Source of the DNA: Longimicrobiales bacterium
GTDB taxonomy: Bacteria > Gemmatimonadota > Gemmatimonadetes > Longimicrobiales > Gaopeijiaceae
Length of the DNA: 64,000 nt
Reading direction: 5' to 3'
Assembly (NCBI GenBank): GCA_965202985.1
Contig: CBDBCF010000001.1
Coordinates: 96,001-160,000 of the forward strand
Part shown: piece after piece, positions 38,433 through 48,200 of the stretch
How the letters are laid out: every line of letters begins with the position of its first letter
How positions within the stretch are numbered: the stretch's first letter is position 1
Position numbers and translations under genes: made by a program
Notes under the pieces: generated by a model
What the model saw: only the letters and a program-made list of their open reading frames with translations
What the model was told of the DNA's origin: nothing
Database searches by the model: none

Positions 38433-41400
38433 GTGTCCCGCCCAACCGCCGACCACCGCTCGCGACTTGCCGCCCGCCTGCGCCGACACGTGCAGGGCGA
38501 CGTGCGGTTCGACGCGACCACGCGCGGCCTCTACGCCACCGACGCCTCCATCTACCAGATCGAGCCGCTGGGGGTGGTCCTGCCGCGCTCGCTGGACGAT
38601 GTCGAGGCCGTGATGGGCGCGGCCCGCGAAGAGGGGGCGCCGGTGCTGCCCCGTGGCGGCGGGACCTCGCAGTGCGGTCAGACGGTGGGGCGCGCCGTGG
38701 TCGTGGACACGTCGCGGCACCTGAACCGGTTGCTGGAAGTGGATCGAGAGGCACGCACCGCATGGGTCGAGCCGGGGTTGGTGCTGGACGAGCTGAACCG
38801 CCGGCTGGCGCCGTCGGGCCTCTGCTTTCCGGTGGACGTGGCCACGGCCAGCCGTGCCACGCTGGGCGGAATGGCCGGCAACAACAGCGGTGGCGCACGC
38901 TCGATCCGCTACGGGATCATGGCCGACAACGTGCTGGCCGTGGAAGCGGTGCTGCCCGACGGGCGGGTGGCCGTGTTCGGGCCGGAGCCGGAGAACGCTG
39001 CACGGCAGCCCGAGGGCGCGGCGAGGACAAGCGCGGCCGGCGCCGACGTTGCGGACGTGGTCCAAGTCGTTCGGCAGATCGCGGCTCGCGAGGCCGACGA
39101 GCTGGATCGACGGGTCCCCAAGGTGCTGCGCCATGTGGCCGGCTACAATCTGCACCGCCTGCTTCGGCCCGGCGCTTCGATGGCGGAGCTGCTGGTCGGC
39201 TCCGAGGGCACGCTGGCGTTCTTTCGGCGCATCCAGTTGAGGCTGTGGCCGGTGCCGTCCCGGCGCGTGCTGGGCGTGTGCGGGTTCCCCTCCCTGGCGG
39301 ACGCGCTGGGCGCGGTGCCGCAGCTGGCGACCCTCGAGCCCCACGCCGTGGAGCTGCTGGACGACGCGCCGCTCCAGTTGGCCCGCGAGAACCCGTCGTT
39401 CCGCGCCACGGTGGAGGCGGTCGTCGATCCGGCGGCGCGTTCGGTGCTGCTTGTGGAGTTCGCGGACGGAGGAGCGGACGCGATGCCCCGAGACCCGGAC
39501 GCGCTCTCCACAGGCCCAGGCGCGCGCTCCCGCCGCTTGGCGGAGTTGGACGACTTGGTGCGGGGCTTGGGACCGGGCTGGAGCGTCGCGGCGGTGGAAG
39601 ACCCGGTGCAGCAGGCGGCGGTGTGGAGCGTGCGCCGGGCAGCGCTGAACATCGTGATGTCCCGGAAGGGCGCCCGAAAGCCGGTGTCGGTCGTGGAGGA
39701 CTGCGCGGTTCCTCTGGACCGGCTGGCCGAGTACGCCGCCGCCGTGGAAGCGGTCTTCGCCCGCCACGGGACCAGCGGAACCTGGTATGCGCACGCCTCC
39801 GTCGGATGTCTTCACGTGCGACCGTCCCTGGACATGAAGGACCCCGCCGACGTGGCGACGTTCCGGGCCGTGGCCGAGGAGGTCCACGACGTGGTCGCCG
39901 GCCTGGGCGGCTCGCACTCGGGCGAGCACGGCGACGGCATTCTGCGGTCCGAGTTCATCGAACCCGTGCTGGGCGCCCGCCTGGTGCAGGCGTTCCGCGA
40001 GGTGAAGCGCGCCTTCGACCCGGACGGCATGATGAATCCGGGCAAGATCGTGGACCCGCCGCGCATGGACGACCGCCGCCTGTTCCGGTACGCGCCCGAC
40101 TACGGTCCTTCGGGCCGCCTGCCAACGGTGCCGCCGCGCTTCGTGGAGACCGTCGAGTCGTGCAACAACAACGGCGCCTGCCGGAAGCTGGAGCCCGGCG
40201 TCATGTGCCCGTCGTACCGGGCGACCCGAGAAGAGGTGGACACGACCCGGGGCCGCGCCAACGTGCTGCGCCTGGCCATGACCGGCCAGCTCGGGGCCGA
40301 CGGCCTCTTCGGCGAGGCGGTGGCCCAGGCGCTGGACCTGTGCGTGGGCTGCAAGGCGTGCAAGCGCGAGTGCCCCGCGGGCGTGGACATGGCGCGACTG
40401 AAGGCCGGCGTGCTCCACCTTCGACACCAGCGCCAACGGCCGGGGCGGCGGACGCGACTGTTCGCGGGTCTGCCGCGCCTGGCGCCCGTCGCGTCGAAGG
40501 CGGCGTGGGCGCTCAACGCGCGCAACCAAAGCCGGGGTCTCGCTTGGGCCGGGGAGCGCCTGCTTGGCGTTTCGGCGACGCGCGCTCTTCCGGAGTGGAG
40601 TCGTCAACCGTTTCGGGACGCAGAACTGTCCCCGCCGTCGTGTTTGACAGATTCTTTGACAAATAGTGGGTACAATTTGTCAAATGGGACCGACGAGGCC
40701 CCAGGGCGGCCCGTGGTCCTCTTCGCGGACACCTTCAACCGGTACTTCGAACCGCATGTTCTGCGGGCGGCGGCCGCCGTGCTTCGGGCCTTGGGGATCA
40801 AGCCTACGGTACCGGCGACGGCAAGTCCGGACGGCGAAGCGCCTCGTAGCCCGCTACGTCCCCTGTGCTGCGGCCGCACCTACATCAGCGCCGGAATGCT
40901 GGATCATGCCCGGACGGAGTTGCGCCGCACCGTGGGCCGACTGGCACCGTTGGTTGCGGCCGGTATGCCGGTGGTGGGCGTCGAGCCGTCGTGTCTGCTC
41001 ACCTTGCGCGACGAAGCGCTGGACTTGGTGCCCGGGGACGACGCCCGGCGAGTTGCGGCCCGGTCGTTCTTGCTGGACGAATACTTGGCGGCGCGGCCGA
41101 AGCTACTGGCCGAGGCCGACACCACGAAGAGCGCATCGCGCGATCGAACCGCGGTGGTTCACGGCCACTGCCATCAGAAGGCCGACGGCGACGACGGCGC
41201 CACGGAAACCGTACTGAGCACGCTGGCCGGCATGAAGACCGTATCCGTGCCTTCGAGCTGCTGCGGCATGGCCGGCTCGTTCGGCTACGAGGCGGAGCAC
41301 GCCGAAGTCTCGCGCACCATGGGCGAACTTGCCCTGCTCCCGGCGGTCCGCGCCGCCCCGGCCGGTGCGGTCGTCGTCGCCAACGGGTTCAGCTGCCGCG

Positions 41401-41465
41401 CTCAGATCCTGGACGGGACGGGCAGGACGGCGCGGCACGTGGCAGAGGTGCTGGTAGGGTTGTAG
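38433..41465 (+). CDS. FAD-binding (Fe-S) oxidoreductase (GlcD/GlcF fusion, YdiJ / D-2-hydroxyacid dehydrogenase-like)
   Basis: YATDAS, RGGGTSQCGQ, GSEGTL, HASVGCLH, SGEHGDG, CNNNGAC, CVGCKACKRECP, CCG repeats. Confidence 0.92.
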   Translation: MSRPTADHRSRLAARLRRHVQGDVRFDATTRGLYATDASIYQIEPLGVVLPRSLDDVEAVMGAAREEGAPVLPRGGGTSQCGQTVGRAVVVDTSRHLNRLLEVDREARTAWVEPGLVLDELNRRLAPSGLCFPVDVATASRATLGGMAGNNSGGARSIRYGIMADNVLAVEAVLPDGRVAVFGPEPENAARQPEGAARTSAAGADVADVVQVVRQIAAREADELDRRVPKVLRHVAGYNLHRLLRPGASMAELLVGSEGTLAFFRRIQLRLWPVPSRRVLGVCGFPSLADALGAVPQLATLEPHAVELLDDAPLQLARENPSFRATVEAVVDPAARSVLLVEFADGGADAMPRDPDALSTGPGARSRRLAELDDLVRGLGPGWSVAAVEDPVQQAAVWSVRRAALNIVMSRKGARKPVSVVEDCAVPLDRLAEYAAAVEAVFARHGTSGTWYAHASVGCLHVRPSLDMKDPADVATFRAVAEEVHDVVAGLGGSHSGEHGDGILRSEFIEPVLGARLVQAFREVKRAFDPDGMMNPGKIVDPPRMDDRRLFRYAPDYGPSGRLPTVPPRFVETVESCNNNGACRKLEPGVMCPSYRATREEVDTTRGRANVLRLAMTGQLGADGLFGEAVAQALDLCVGCKACKRECPAGVDMARLKAGVLHLRHQRQRPGRRTRLFAGLPRLAPVASKAAWALNARNQSRGLAWAGERLLGVSATRALPEWSRQPFRDAELSPPSCLTDSLTNSGYNLSNGTDEAPGRPVVLFADTFNRYFEPHVLRAAAAVLRALGIKPTVPATASPDGEAPRSPLRPLCCGRTYISAGMLDHARTELRRTVGRLAPLVAAGMPVVGVEPSCLLTLRDEALDLVPGDDARRVAARSFLLDEYLAARPKLLAEADTTKSASRDRTAVVHGHCHQKADGDDGATETVLSTLAGMKTVSVPSSCCGMAGSFGYEAEHAEVSRTMGELALLPAVRAAPAGAVVVANGFSCRAQILDGTGRTARHVAEVLVGL
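40642..40682 (-). repeat. 41-bp AT-rich palindromic dispersed element, copy 2 (intragenic)
   Basis: GTTTGACAGATTCTTTGACAAATAGTGGGTACAATTTGTCA; read in frame as part of CLTDSLTNSGYNLSN. Confidence 0.85.
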
Positions 41466-41604
41466 GCAGCTCGTGACTGGTGTCTCCCGCGAGACAGGTG
41501 CTCCTCTTGACCAACCCGCCCAATCGGTGCGACAATTGAGCATCCTCCCGCCACGACTGGCGATCTGCCCTGCCACCCGAACTGTCCTCCCAGTTCAAGC
41601 CCGT

Positions 41605-42777
41605 ATGCCTGATTCCGCAATCGATCCTCTGCCGAACGACCCGAACCTCGATAAGGAGCCTAGAGAGGAAGGTGCTGAAGAAGGATACGGTGTGGAGGAA
41701 GAACGGATGGAAGGGGATGCCTCCGAGATCGTTCAGCCGTTCGATCCGACACGAATATCCATTTCCACCAAGACGCCCACTGTCGACTTGGTGATAAAGC
41801 GACTGAAGCATCACGAAATAGAACTAGGCCCTGACTTCCAGCGCAACCCGGGCATATGGGATTCCACTAGGCAAAGCAGGCTGATCGAATCGTTGCTCCT
41901 ACGTATTCCCTTGCCCGTATTCTATATGGCTGCAGATAAAGACAATAGATGGCAGGTTGTCGATGGACTCCAACGCCTGCATTCGATCAAGAGCTTTGTG
42001 CTAGATCGGAATCTCAAGCTTCGTGGCATGGAGTACCTTTCCCAGTTTGAAAGAAACGCCTATGACCACCTCCCTCGGAACATGCAGAGACGAATTGACG
42101 AGACTCAACTTGCCTTTCATATCATTGACGCAGATACTCCTCCCGAAGTGATGTTCAATGTCTTCAAGCGCGTCAACACCGGCGGCAAGCCGCTCACGCG
42201 GCAGGAAATCCGGCATGCCCTCAATCCAGGACCGGCACGTGACTTTGTGAACGAATTGGCCAAGAGTGCCGAGTTTCGGACAGCTACGGACGAGAGCGTC
42301 AGTCCAAAGAGGATGGCCGACCGCGAGTGCGTGTTACGCTTCGTTGCGTTTTATTGTCAAGACTTGACCTCTTACAACGGCAACCTCGACGTATTCCTGG
42401 GCCAAGCCATGGGAATCATCAACTCGGAAATGGACGAACCCGCCAAAAACGACATGCGCAACGCTTTTTTTGCGTCAATGCGGTTGGCCAGAGAACTTTT
42501 CGGCAACAATGCATTCCGCAAGCCCACCAACCGTTCTGGCGGGAGGAGCGTCATCAACAAACCGTTGTTCGAGTGCTTGTCGGTCGCCCTAGCCCACGTC
42601 CCAAGCTCCAAACACGAGAGGCTGATCGAACGAAAGGCTGTCTTGAACGACAACTTGGTCGATCTGATGGAGGATAGACAGTTCTTCGACAGCATTTCGA
42701 TTGGAACACAAACGACCGAGCAGGTCCGCATTAGATTCACTCGCATTGAACAACTCATCAACGAGGTGAACGGATGA
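41605..42777 (+). CDS. DUF262 (ParB-like) protein, Menshen NsnA-like
   Basis: PDFQR..W, LIESLLLRIP, VVDGLQRL, FKRVNTGG; lower GC. Start uncertain. Confidence 0.85.
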   Translation: MPDSAIDPLPNDPNLDKEPREEGAEEGYGVEEERMEGDASEIVQPFDPTRISISTKTPTVDLVIKRLKHHEIELGPDFQRNPGIWDSTRQSRLIESLLLRIPLPVFYMAADKDNRWQVVDGLQRLHSIKSFVLDRNLKLRGMEYLSQFERNAYDHLPRNMQRRIDETQLAFHIIDADTPPEVMFNVFKRVNTGGKPLTRQEIRHALNPGPARDFVNELAKSAEFRTATDESVSPKRMADRECVLRFVAFYCQDLTSYNGNLDVFLGQAMGIINSEMDEPAKNDMRNAFFASMRLARELFGNNAFRKPTNRSGGRSVINKPLFECLSVALAHVPSSKHERLIERKAVLNDNLVDLMEDRQFFDSISIGTQTTEQVRIRFTRIEQLINEVNG

Positions 42778-43877
42778 TCAGCACACTCCGCTTGCGCAAC
42801 TTCAAGTGTTTTGGCGATGAGACCTTCAGCCTGGGCAAGATCACTCTTCTCGCAGGTTTGAACGGAACAGGTAAGAGCAGCGTCATCCAAGGCTTACTGG
42901 CACTTCGCAATTTTGGCAACTCTAACGGAAGCTGGCATGGACCTCTTCTCGACATAGGCTCATTCAGCGATGTGCTTTACAACCGAGCCGAGGACGATCG
43001 GATTGAATTGAGGACGATGTACGAGGGGGACGTCGAACTTTACGGCGATGTCACGCCACACCGGGCGGAGTTCCACGTCGGTGGCCTCTTGTCGGGAGAG
43101 GAGGCCGTCAGGCAGTACTCGCTTCTCCGGAAATCCATGTTCTACTTGTCGGCTGACCGGCTTGGACCGCGCAAGACGTTGCCTTTCAGAGCAGAAGCCG
43201 CTGCGGCCGACACGCCGCTCGGGAAGCGTGGCGACGGCGTCCTTTGGTTCATGGGACAGCACGAAGGAGACCCCGTAGCGCCGGCACTTCGTCATTCAGC
43301 TGCCTCGAGCACGACTCTCTTGGACCAAACTAACGCCTGGCTTGCCGCGGTCAGCCCCGGCGTTGAACTCGTCTACACGTCGGTCCCAGAGGCCGATCTT
43401 GCCGTAGCGGGCTATTCGTTCGAACAGATGTCGGACGTAAGGACCAAGCCGTTTCGGGCGACCAACGTCGGCTTTGGCGTGAGCTACGTCCTGCCGCTCG
43501 TCGTCGCGCTGCTGGCCGCGCAGGACGACGACCTGGTCATCATCGAGAACCCGGAGGCCCATTTGCACCCGGGAGGACAAACGAGGATTGCTGACCTGGC
43601 CGCGAAAGCAGCGGCAGACGGCAGGCAGGTTATACTGGAGACTCATAGCGACCACATCCTTGACGGAATTCGACTAGCCGTTGCGGAACGGATTGTGTCT
43701 GCTGAAGATGTATCGGTCTACTTTTTCCACCGCGATGATGCAGGGGTCGAAGTTGTTTCACCGGAAGTCCGTACGGACGGAACCTTGGATTCGTGGCCCG
43801 ACGGGTTCTTTGATCAGCAGGAAAGGAATCTGGCTCGATTGATAGAACTCCGACGAAGTGGTGGTGACAACAGTTGA
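42774..43877 (+). CDS. ABC-type ATPase with DUF3696, Menshen NsnB-like
   Basis: GLNGTGKSS, NVGFGVSYVLP, IENPEAHLHP, ETHSDH, WPDGFFDQ; ATGA-coupled. Confidence 0.88.
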   Translation: MISTLRLRNFKCFGDETFSLGKITLLAGLNGTGKSSVIQGLLALRNFGNSNGSWHGPLLDIGSFSDVLYNRAEDDRIELRTMYEGDVELYGDVTPHRAEFHVGGLLSGEEAVRQYSLLRKSMFYLSADRLGPRKTLPFRAEAAAADTPLGKRGDGVLWFMGQHEGDPVAPALRHSAASSTTLLDQTNAWLAAVSPGVELVYTSVPEADLAVAGYSFEQMSDVRTKPFRATNVGFGVSYVLPLVVALLAAQDDDLVIIENPEAHLHPGGQTRIADLAAKAAADGRQVILETHSDHILDGIRLAVAERIVSAEDVSVYFFHRDDAGVEVVSPEVRTDGTLDSWPDGFFDQQERNLARLIELRRSGGDNS

Positions 43878-44833
43878 GGATAGCGTTCAACGAACTATCG
43901 GCCGGGGCACCGGCAGCGTCCCGCCAAGAGGGACGCAAACTGTTGGAGGACATGATCAGAGGTGCACTGGCGATTGCCAATAGCGAGCCGCTTGAACTGA
44001 TAGCAGTCCGTGGATGGGATATGTTTGGCATGTTGATTGGGTCGGAGTACACGGTGTCCGATTGGCTACATGACGGCGATCGCGACCTGATAAAGCTGTT
44101 TTACAAGATCACGAACAAGATTGGGGTAGGAGAACGCATCGACAGTGCCGTGAAGGATCGCTTCTATGTGTCTACGTTTCTTGTTGGAGATCGCAGAAGG
44201 CCGAATCGATCGATCGAAGCGCCTGGCCTAGGGTTGGCGCACTTGCTGGATGGGGTAGCGACGAGTTTGGCATCTGACGAGCAATGGTGCAAATCGGGCA
44301 TTGATCTTTGTCACGTGTGGCTTGACGAAGAGGGACAGGAGCACATAGACGATGTTGAAGTCGTGAACGTATCGCGGCTTGCGAACGCGGAAGCCGCCGC
44401 GAACAGGCTGTACCGACTGTGGCAAGAAGATGCGAGGGATCGACGAGAGGCTATGGCTGGTGTTCGGTCGGTCGCAGGCATGTTTCGACACTTGGCGTTT
44501 GGCATGGACGTGGAGGAACAGTTCAAAGCGCTTGCAGGGGATGCTCGGCGGGTGACTCGGAGCAAGCTGATTGAATTCGATGCTGCGGTTCGCGAATGGC
44601 GCCGGGAAGGGACCACGTTGCCGATGCTGCCGGGGGTGCGGTCAGAGGGAAAGGCGACGATGGATCGGTTTGGTGAGGATCGGGTTTATCGCAATCGACA
44701 TGGAGAGGCGGCGGTTTACAAACTGCATGTAAGCGCCGGGAGCTGTCGGATTCACTTTCGGGTCGAGGCCGCGGAAAAAATGGTCGAGATAGGCTACGTA
44801 GGGAGGCACCTACCGACCAAGAAGTTCCACTAA
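43874..44833 (+). CDS. Putative effector of the DUF262-ATPase triad (NsnC-like; possible RelE-like C-terminus)
   Basis: TTGA-coupled; ends KLHVSAGSCRIHF...EIGYVGRHLPT. Confidence 0.65.
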   Translation: MRIAFNELSAGAPAASRQEGRKLLEDMIRGALAIANSEPLELIAVRGWDMFGMLIGSEYTVSDWLHDGDRDLIKLFYKITNKIGVGERIDSAVKDRFYVSTFLVGDRRRPNRSIEAPGLGLAHLLDGVATSLASDEQWCKSGIDLCHVWLDEEGQEHIDDVEVVNVSRLANAEAAANRLYRLWQEDARDRREAMAGVRSVAGMFRHLAFGMDVEEQFKALAGDARRVTRSKLIEFDAAVREWRREGTTLPMLPGVRSEGKATMDRFGEDRVYRNRHGEAAVYKLHVSAGSCRIHFRVEAAEKMVEIGYVGRHLPTKKFH

Positions 44834-44854
44834 CGAGGCCGTCCCCTGCGCCGC

Positions 44855-45279
44855 CTCGAAGCCGTGGGTCTCGAACTTGATCGGGTCGGCGACGATATCG
44901 AGCCTGTCATCCGGAGTAGGCAGACCAATTGAGCGCTACGAGTCGCGGTCGTCACGTCTGCGCTGGTTTGTTGTGCGGAGGATCAGGCGCAACGCCGTCC
45001 GCAAGCATCGAAGCGATGAACAACTTCTTGGCCTCTTTGAGATGTTGAAGCGCTTGTTCTGGACTGGCTCCGTGACTCTCGCAACCGGGGAGATCGACTA
45101 CGCGCGCCACATAGCAGACAGACCCGTCCGTACACCGCTCGAGCGTCACTGATACCAAGTAGGGCAGGCTCAAGTAGTGATCAAGACTTTTCACAACTTA
45201 GCTCCTTACCTTGTCGACCGACGGAAAGCGAAATCGCGCAGGCCCTATTCCGTCTCGAAGCCGTGGCTCTCGAACTTGA
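44855..45279. repeat. 26-bp direct repeat (44855-44880 and 45254-45279) flanking hicB
   Basis: CTCGAAGCCGTGG[G/C]TCTCGAACTTGA, one mismatch; the second copy is the 3' end of the DUF499 gene. Confidence 0.8.
44952..45194 (-). CDS. hicB: Solo HicB-family antitoxin-like protein
   Basis: YLSLPY...YVARVVDLPGCESHGASPEQAL; AAGGAG upstream. Confidence 0.8.
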   Translation of the reverse strand: MKSLDHYLSLPYLVSVTLERCTDGSVCYVARVVDLPGCESHGASPEQALQHLKEAKKLFIASMLADGVAPDPPHNKPAQT

Positions 45280-48200
45280 GGACGCGGCAGTTCTCGGTGA
45301 CGGCGCGCACTACGTGGTCCGGCACTCCGCCGGCGTCGTCCGGTCCCTTTTCGGCGAAGCTCGCCTCGATCTCCAGGGTGACCCGCACATCCGAGCCGAT
45401 CAGCCCGGCTAGGTGGGCGATCACTTCCTCGGCCACTTGGCCGGCGTCCCTGCCTGCGCGATCCGGGTCCAGCACGACGGCACCGTGAAAGCGGCGCGGC
45501 TGGGGACGGCGCGACGGCTCGTCTTGGGTACCGTCGTCGGCAGCGGTGTCGGGGGCGGCGGTGCCGTCGGAACCCGGGCGCGGACCCGTGCCGGGTTGCC
45601 CGTCGCTCGCGGGGGGTTGGTCGGGCTTCTCCGCCTCCAGCTGGGCCAACGCGGCTTCCGGCTTCACCACTAGGCCCCGGTCTTCGGCGGTCACGTCCGT
45701 CGCGCTGACGGTCAGGCCCTGGTAGCGCCGGGCGTCCTCGTCCCAGCTCTCGGCGTAGGCGAAGCTCTCGTCGGCCCAGAGCAAGGTGCCCAGGCCCTTC
45801 GCGACCGCTTCGGCGACGACCTCGGGTCCCGCCAGCCGGGGCAGATAGACGTAGGTGGCGAAGTCGTCGATCAGCTGGCGCAGCGGGACGTGGCCTCCGC
45901 GCCAGAGCGGCACGTTGTCCATGTGCGCCCGCAGGATGGTGGCGCCCAGGCGCGGGATCACGTAGTCCTCGTCGGCGATACGGTTGAAAGCGCGGCTGGC
46001 CACGCCGTCCCGGTTCCTCATTTCGGTGGCTCGCCACGTGACTTCGGACGCTGCGTCTGCCTGTTCGGGCACCAGAAGCCACTTGTACACCTCGGGCAGT
46101 CGCGCCTCCACGCCGTCGGCGGCGGCCTTCAGGCTGCGCTCGGCCTGCCGGGCTTGGTGGGGGTCTAGGTTGAGCGACTCCTTGTCCTCCAAGATCGACT
46201 GCCAAGCCAAGTAGTCCCGCACGGCTTCGTCCATGTCCTGCATTCGCACCCGGTCCGCGGCCAGGAAGACCAGCGTGTTGCGGTAGATGCGCGGTCCGCT
46301 CCCCCGGCTTTCCAAGAGGGCGCCGGCGGCGGCTTGCGCCTCGTTGCCCGCTTCCTTGGCGTAGGGGCGGTCGGGGGGCAGCACGACCAGCCGGGCGTCC
46401 CTGTGGTCGGGCACGTCGGCCGCGGAACGGGGAAGCAGGTGCACGCGCGGATGCTTCGACCGGCCGGGGGCCTTGCCGAACTCCTCTTGCAGACGGCGCG
46501 CCAACTCTTCGCCGGCCAGGTGAGGCTCGCGGGCCAGTTCCGTCGCTCGCTGCTGCGCCAGCTTGGCCACCGTGGGCTGGGTGTCGTACCAGTAGCGGCT
46601 GCGGTCCTGGTACAGGTACGTGGCCCGCGAAGCCAAGCGTCGAAGGGCGTCGCCGAAGACGGAGACGGGCTCTCCGGGCATGACGCAGCCCAGGTTCACC
46701 TTGCGGTCGTCGACGCCCCGGTTGGCCGCGGCGGTCAAGGGCGCGGACCCCAGGTAGACGGTGCGCGCCACGCGACGGGCGGCCGCGTGCTTGCCCAGGT
46801 TGGAGAACTCGGCATCCAGCTTGTGCGGCAGCGAAGTGCGGCCGTCCACGTCGGCGTCAATGATCGGCGTCCAGTTGTCGGCCAGGTAGCGCGTCAGCTC
46901 GGGCTGCACGCGGGCGTCGTCCACCGGAACCGTGGACGGCATGATCAAGGGGCTTCGATCGCCGCTCTCCCAAAGGCTGTGGATGACCGACGCCATGAGG
47001 CGCAGGACGCCCCGTGTCCGCTGGAACTTGGCCAGCGACGACCAGTCGGTGTAGAGACGGTCGAAGATCTCCGGGTGGATGGGGTACGCGGCGCGGATGC
47101 GCTTCTCGTAGTCGGCGTCGTGACACCCCGAAGGGAAGTCGGCCTTGTGGCGACGGTAGACCGCGCCGAACCGCCGGGCGGTCAGGTCCCGTGCCTCGCG
47201 CGCCTTGCCGTCCAGCGGCTCGAAGAGTCGCCGGCGCACGATCTCGAACCCTTCCTCGGAGGTCGCGGGCTGCCAGACCGTCGCGACGCGGCCCACCACG
47301 TTGGCCAGCCGGTCCAGCGCGTCGCGTCCCCGGACGCCGCCCACCTCGGCGTCGTCGGCCTGGGAGCCGCCGCTGTCCGTGCCGCCGGAGGCCGACGCGG
47401 GGAGCGACACCACCAGCAGGCAGTCGTCCACGACCTTGGCCGACTCCGTGAGCGCCTGTGCAAAGGTGAACTGCGTCTCGAAGCTGCCGCCCGGCAGGTC
47501 GCTCTTCTCGTGGAGCTGGCGGGCGTAGGCGACCCATTCGTCGATCAGGATCAGCACCGGCCCGTGCTCTTCCAGGAGCGCGCGCAGCCGGTCGCCGGGG
47601 CTGGTGGCCTTCTCGTCGTCCAGGCGCACCTTCTCGAAGGCATCGCGTCCCCCCAACTGCCACGCCAGTTCGCCCCAGAGGGTGCGCACCACGGTCCCGT
47701 CGGGCTTGGTGTCCGGGTTGCCGGGCGACATCCGATTCCCCACCAGCACCACGCGCTTCGCCCGGGGCGGCACCTCCACGCCCGCTTCCTCCAGCAACTC
47801 GCCCACCTCGTCCAGCCCCCGCGGCGCTTCGCCCGACAGCAGGTGGTACAGGGCGAGCATGGAGTGGGTCTTGCCGCCGCCGAAGTTGGTCTGCAGCTGC
47901 ACGACCGGATCGCCGCCCTTGCCGGACGCGCGCTGGACGGCCCCCACCAGCAGCTTGCGCAGGTTGCTGGTCAGGTAGGTGCGCCGAAAAAACGACTCTG
48001 GGTCGCGGTACTCCGGGCTCCCCCCTCCCCGGTGGACCTGCCACAGGTCGGCGGCGAACTCGGCGTGCTGGTACTTGCCGCTGCTCACGTCGTCGTGGGG
48101 CTTGACCACTTCCCGCCACGCTGTCAGCGACGAGGAGGCTCCCGCGACGGGCGAGGCCGCGCTCCTGCGCTCCCGGTTGCGCATCTGCTGGTCCAGCGTC

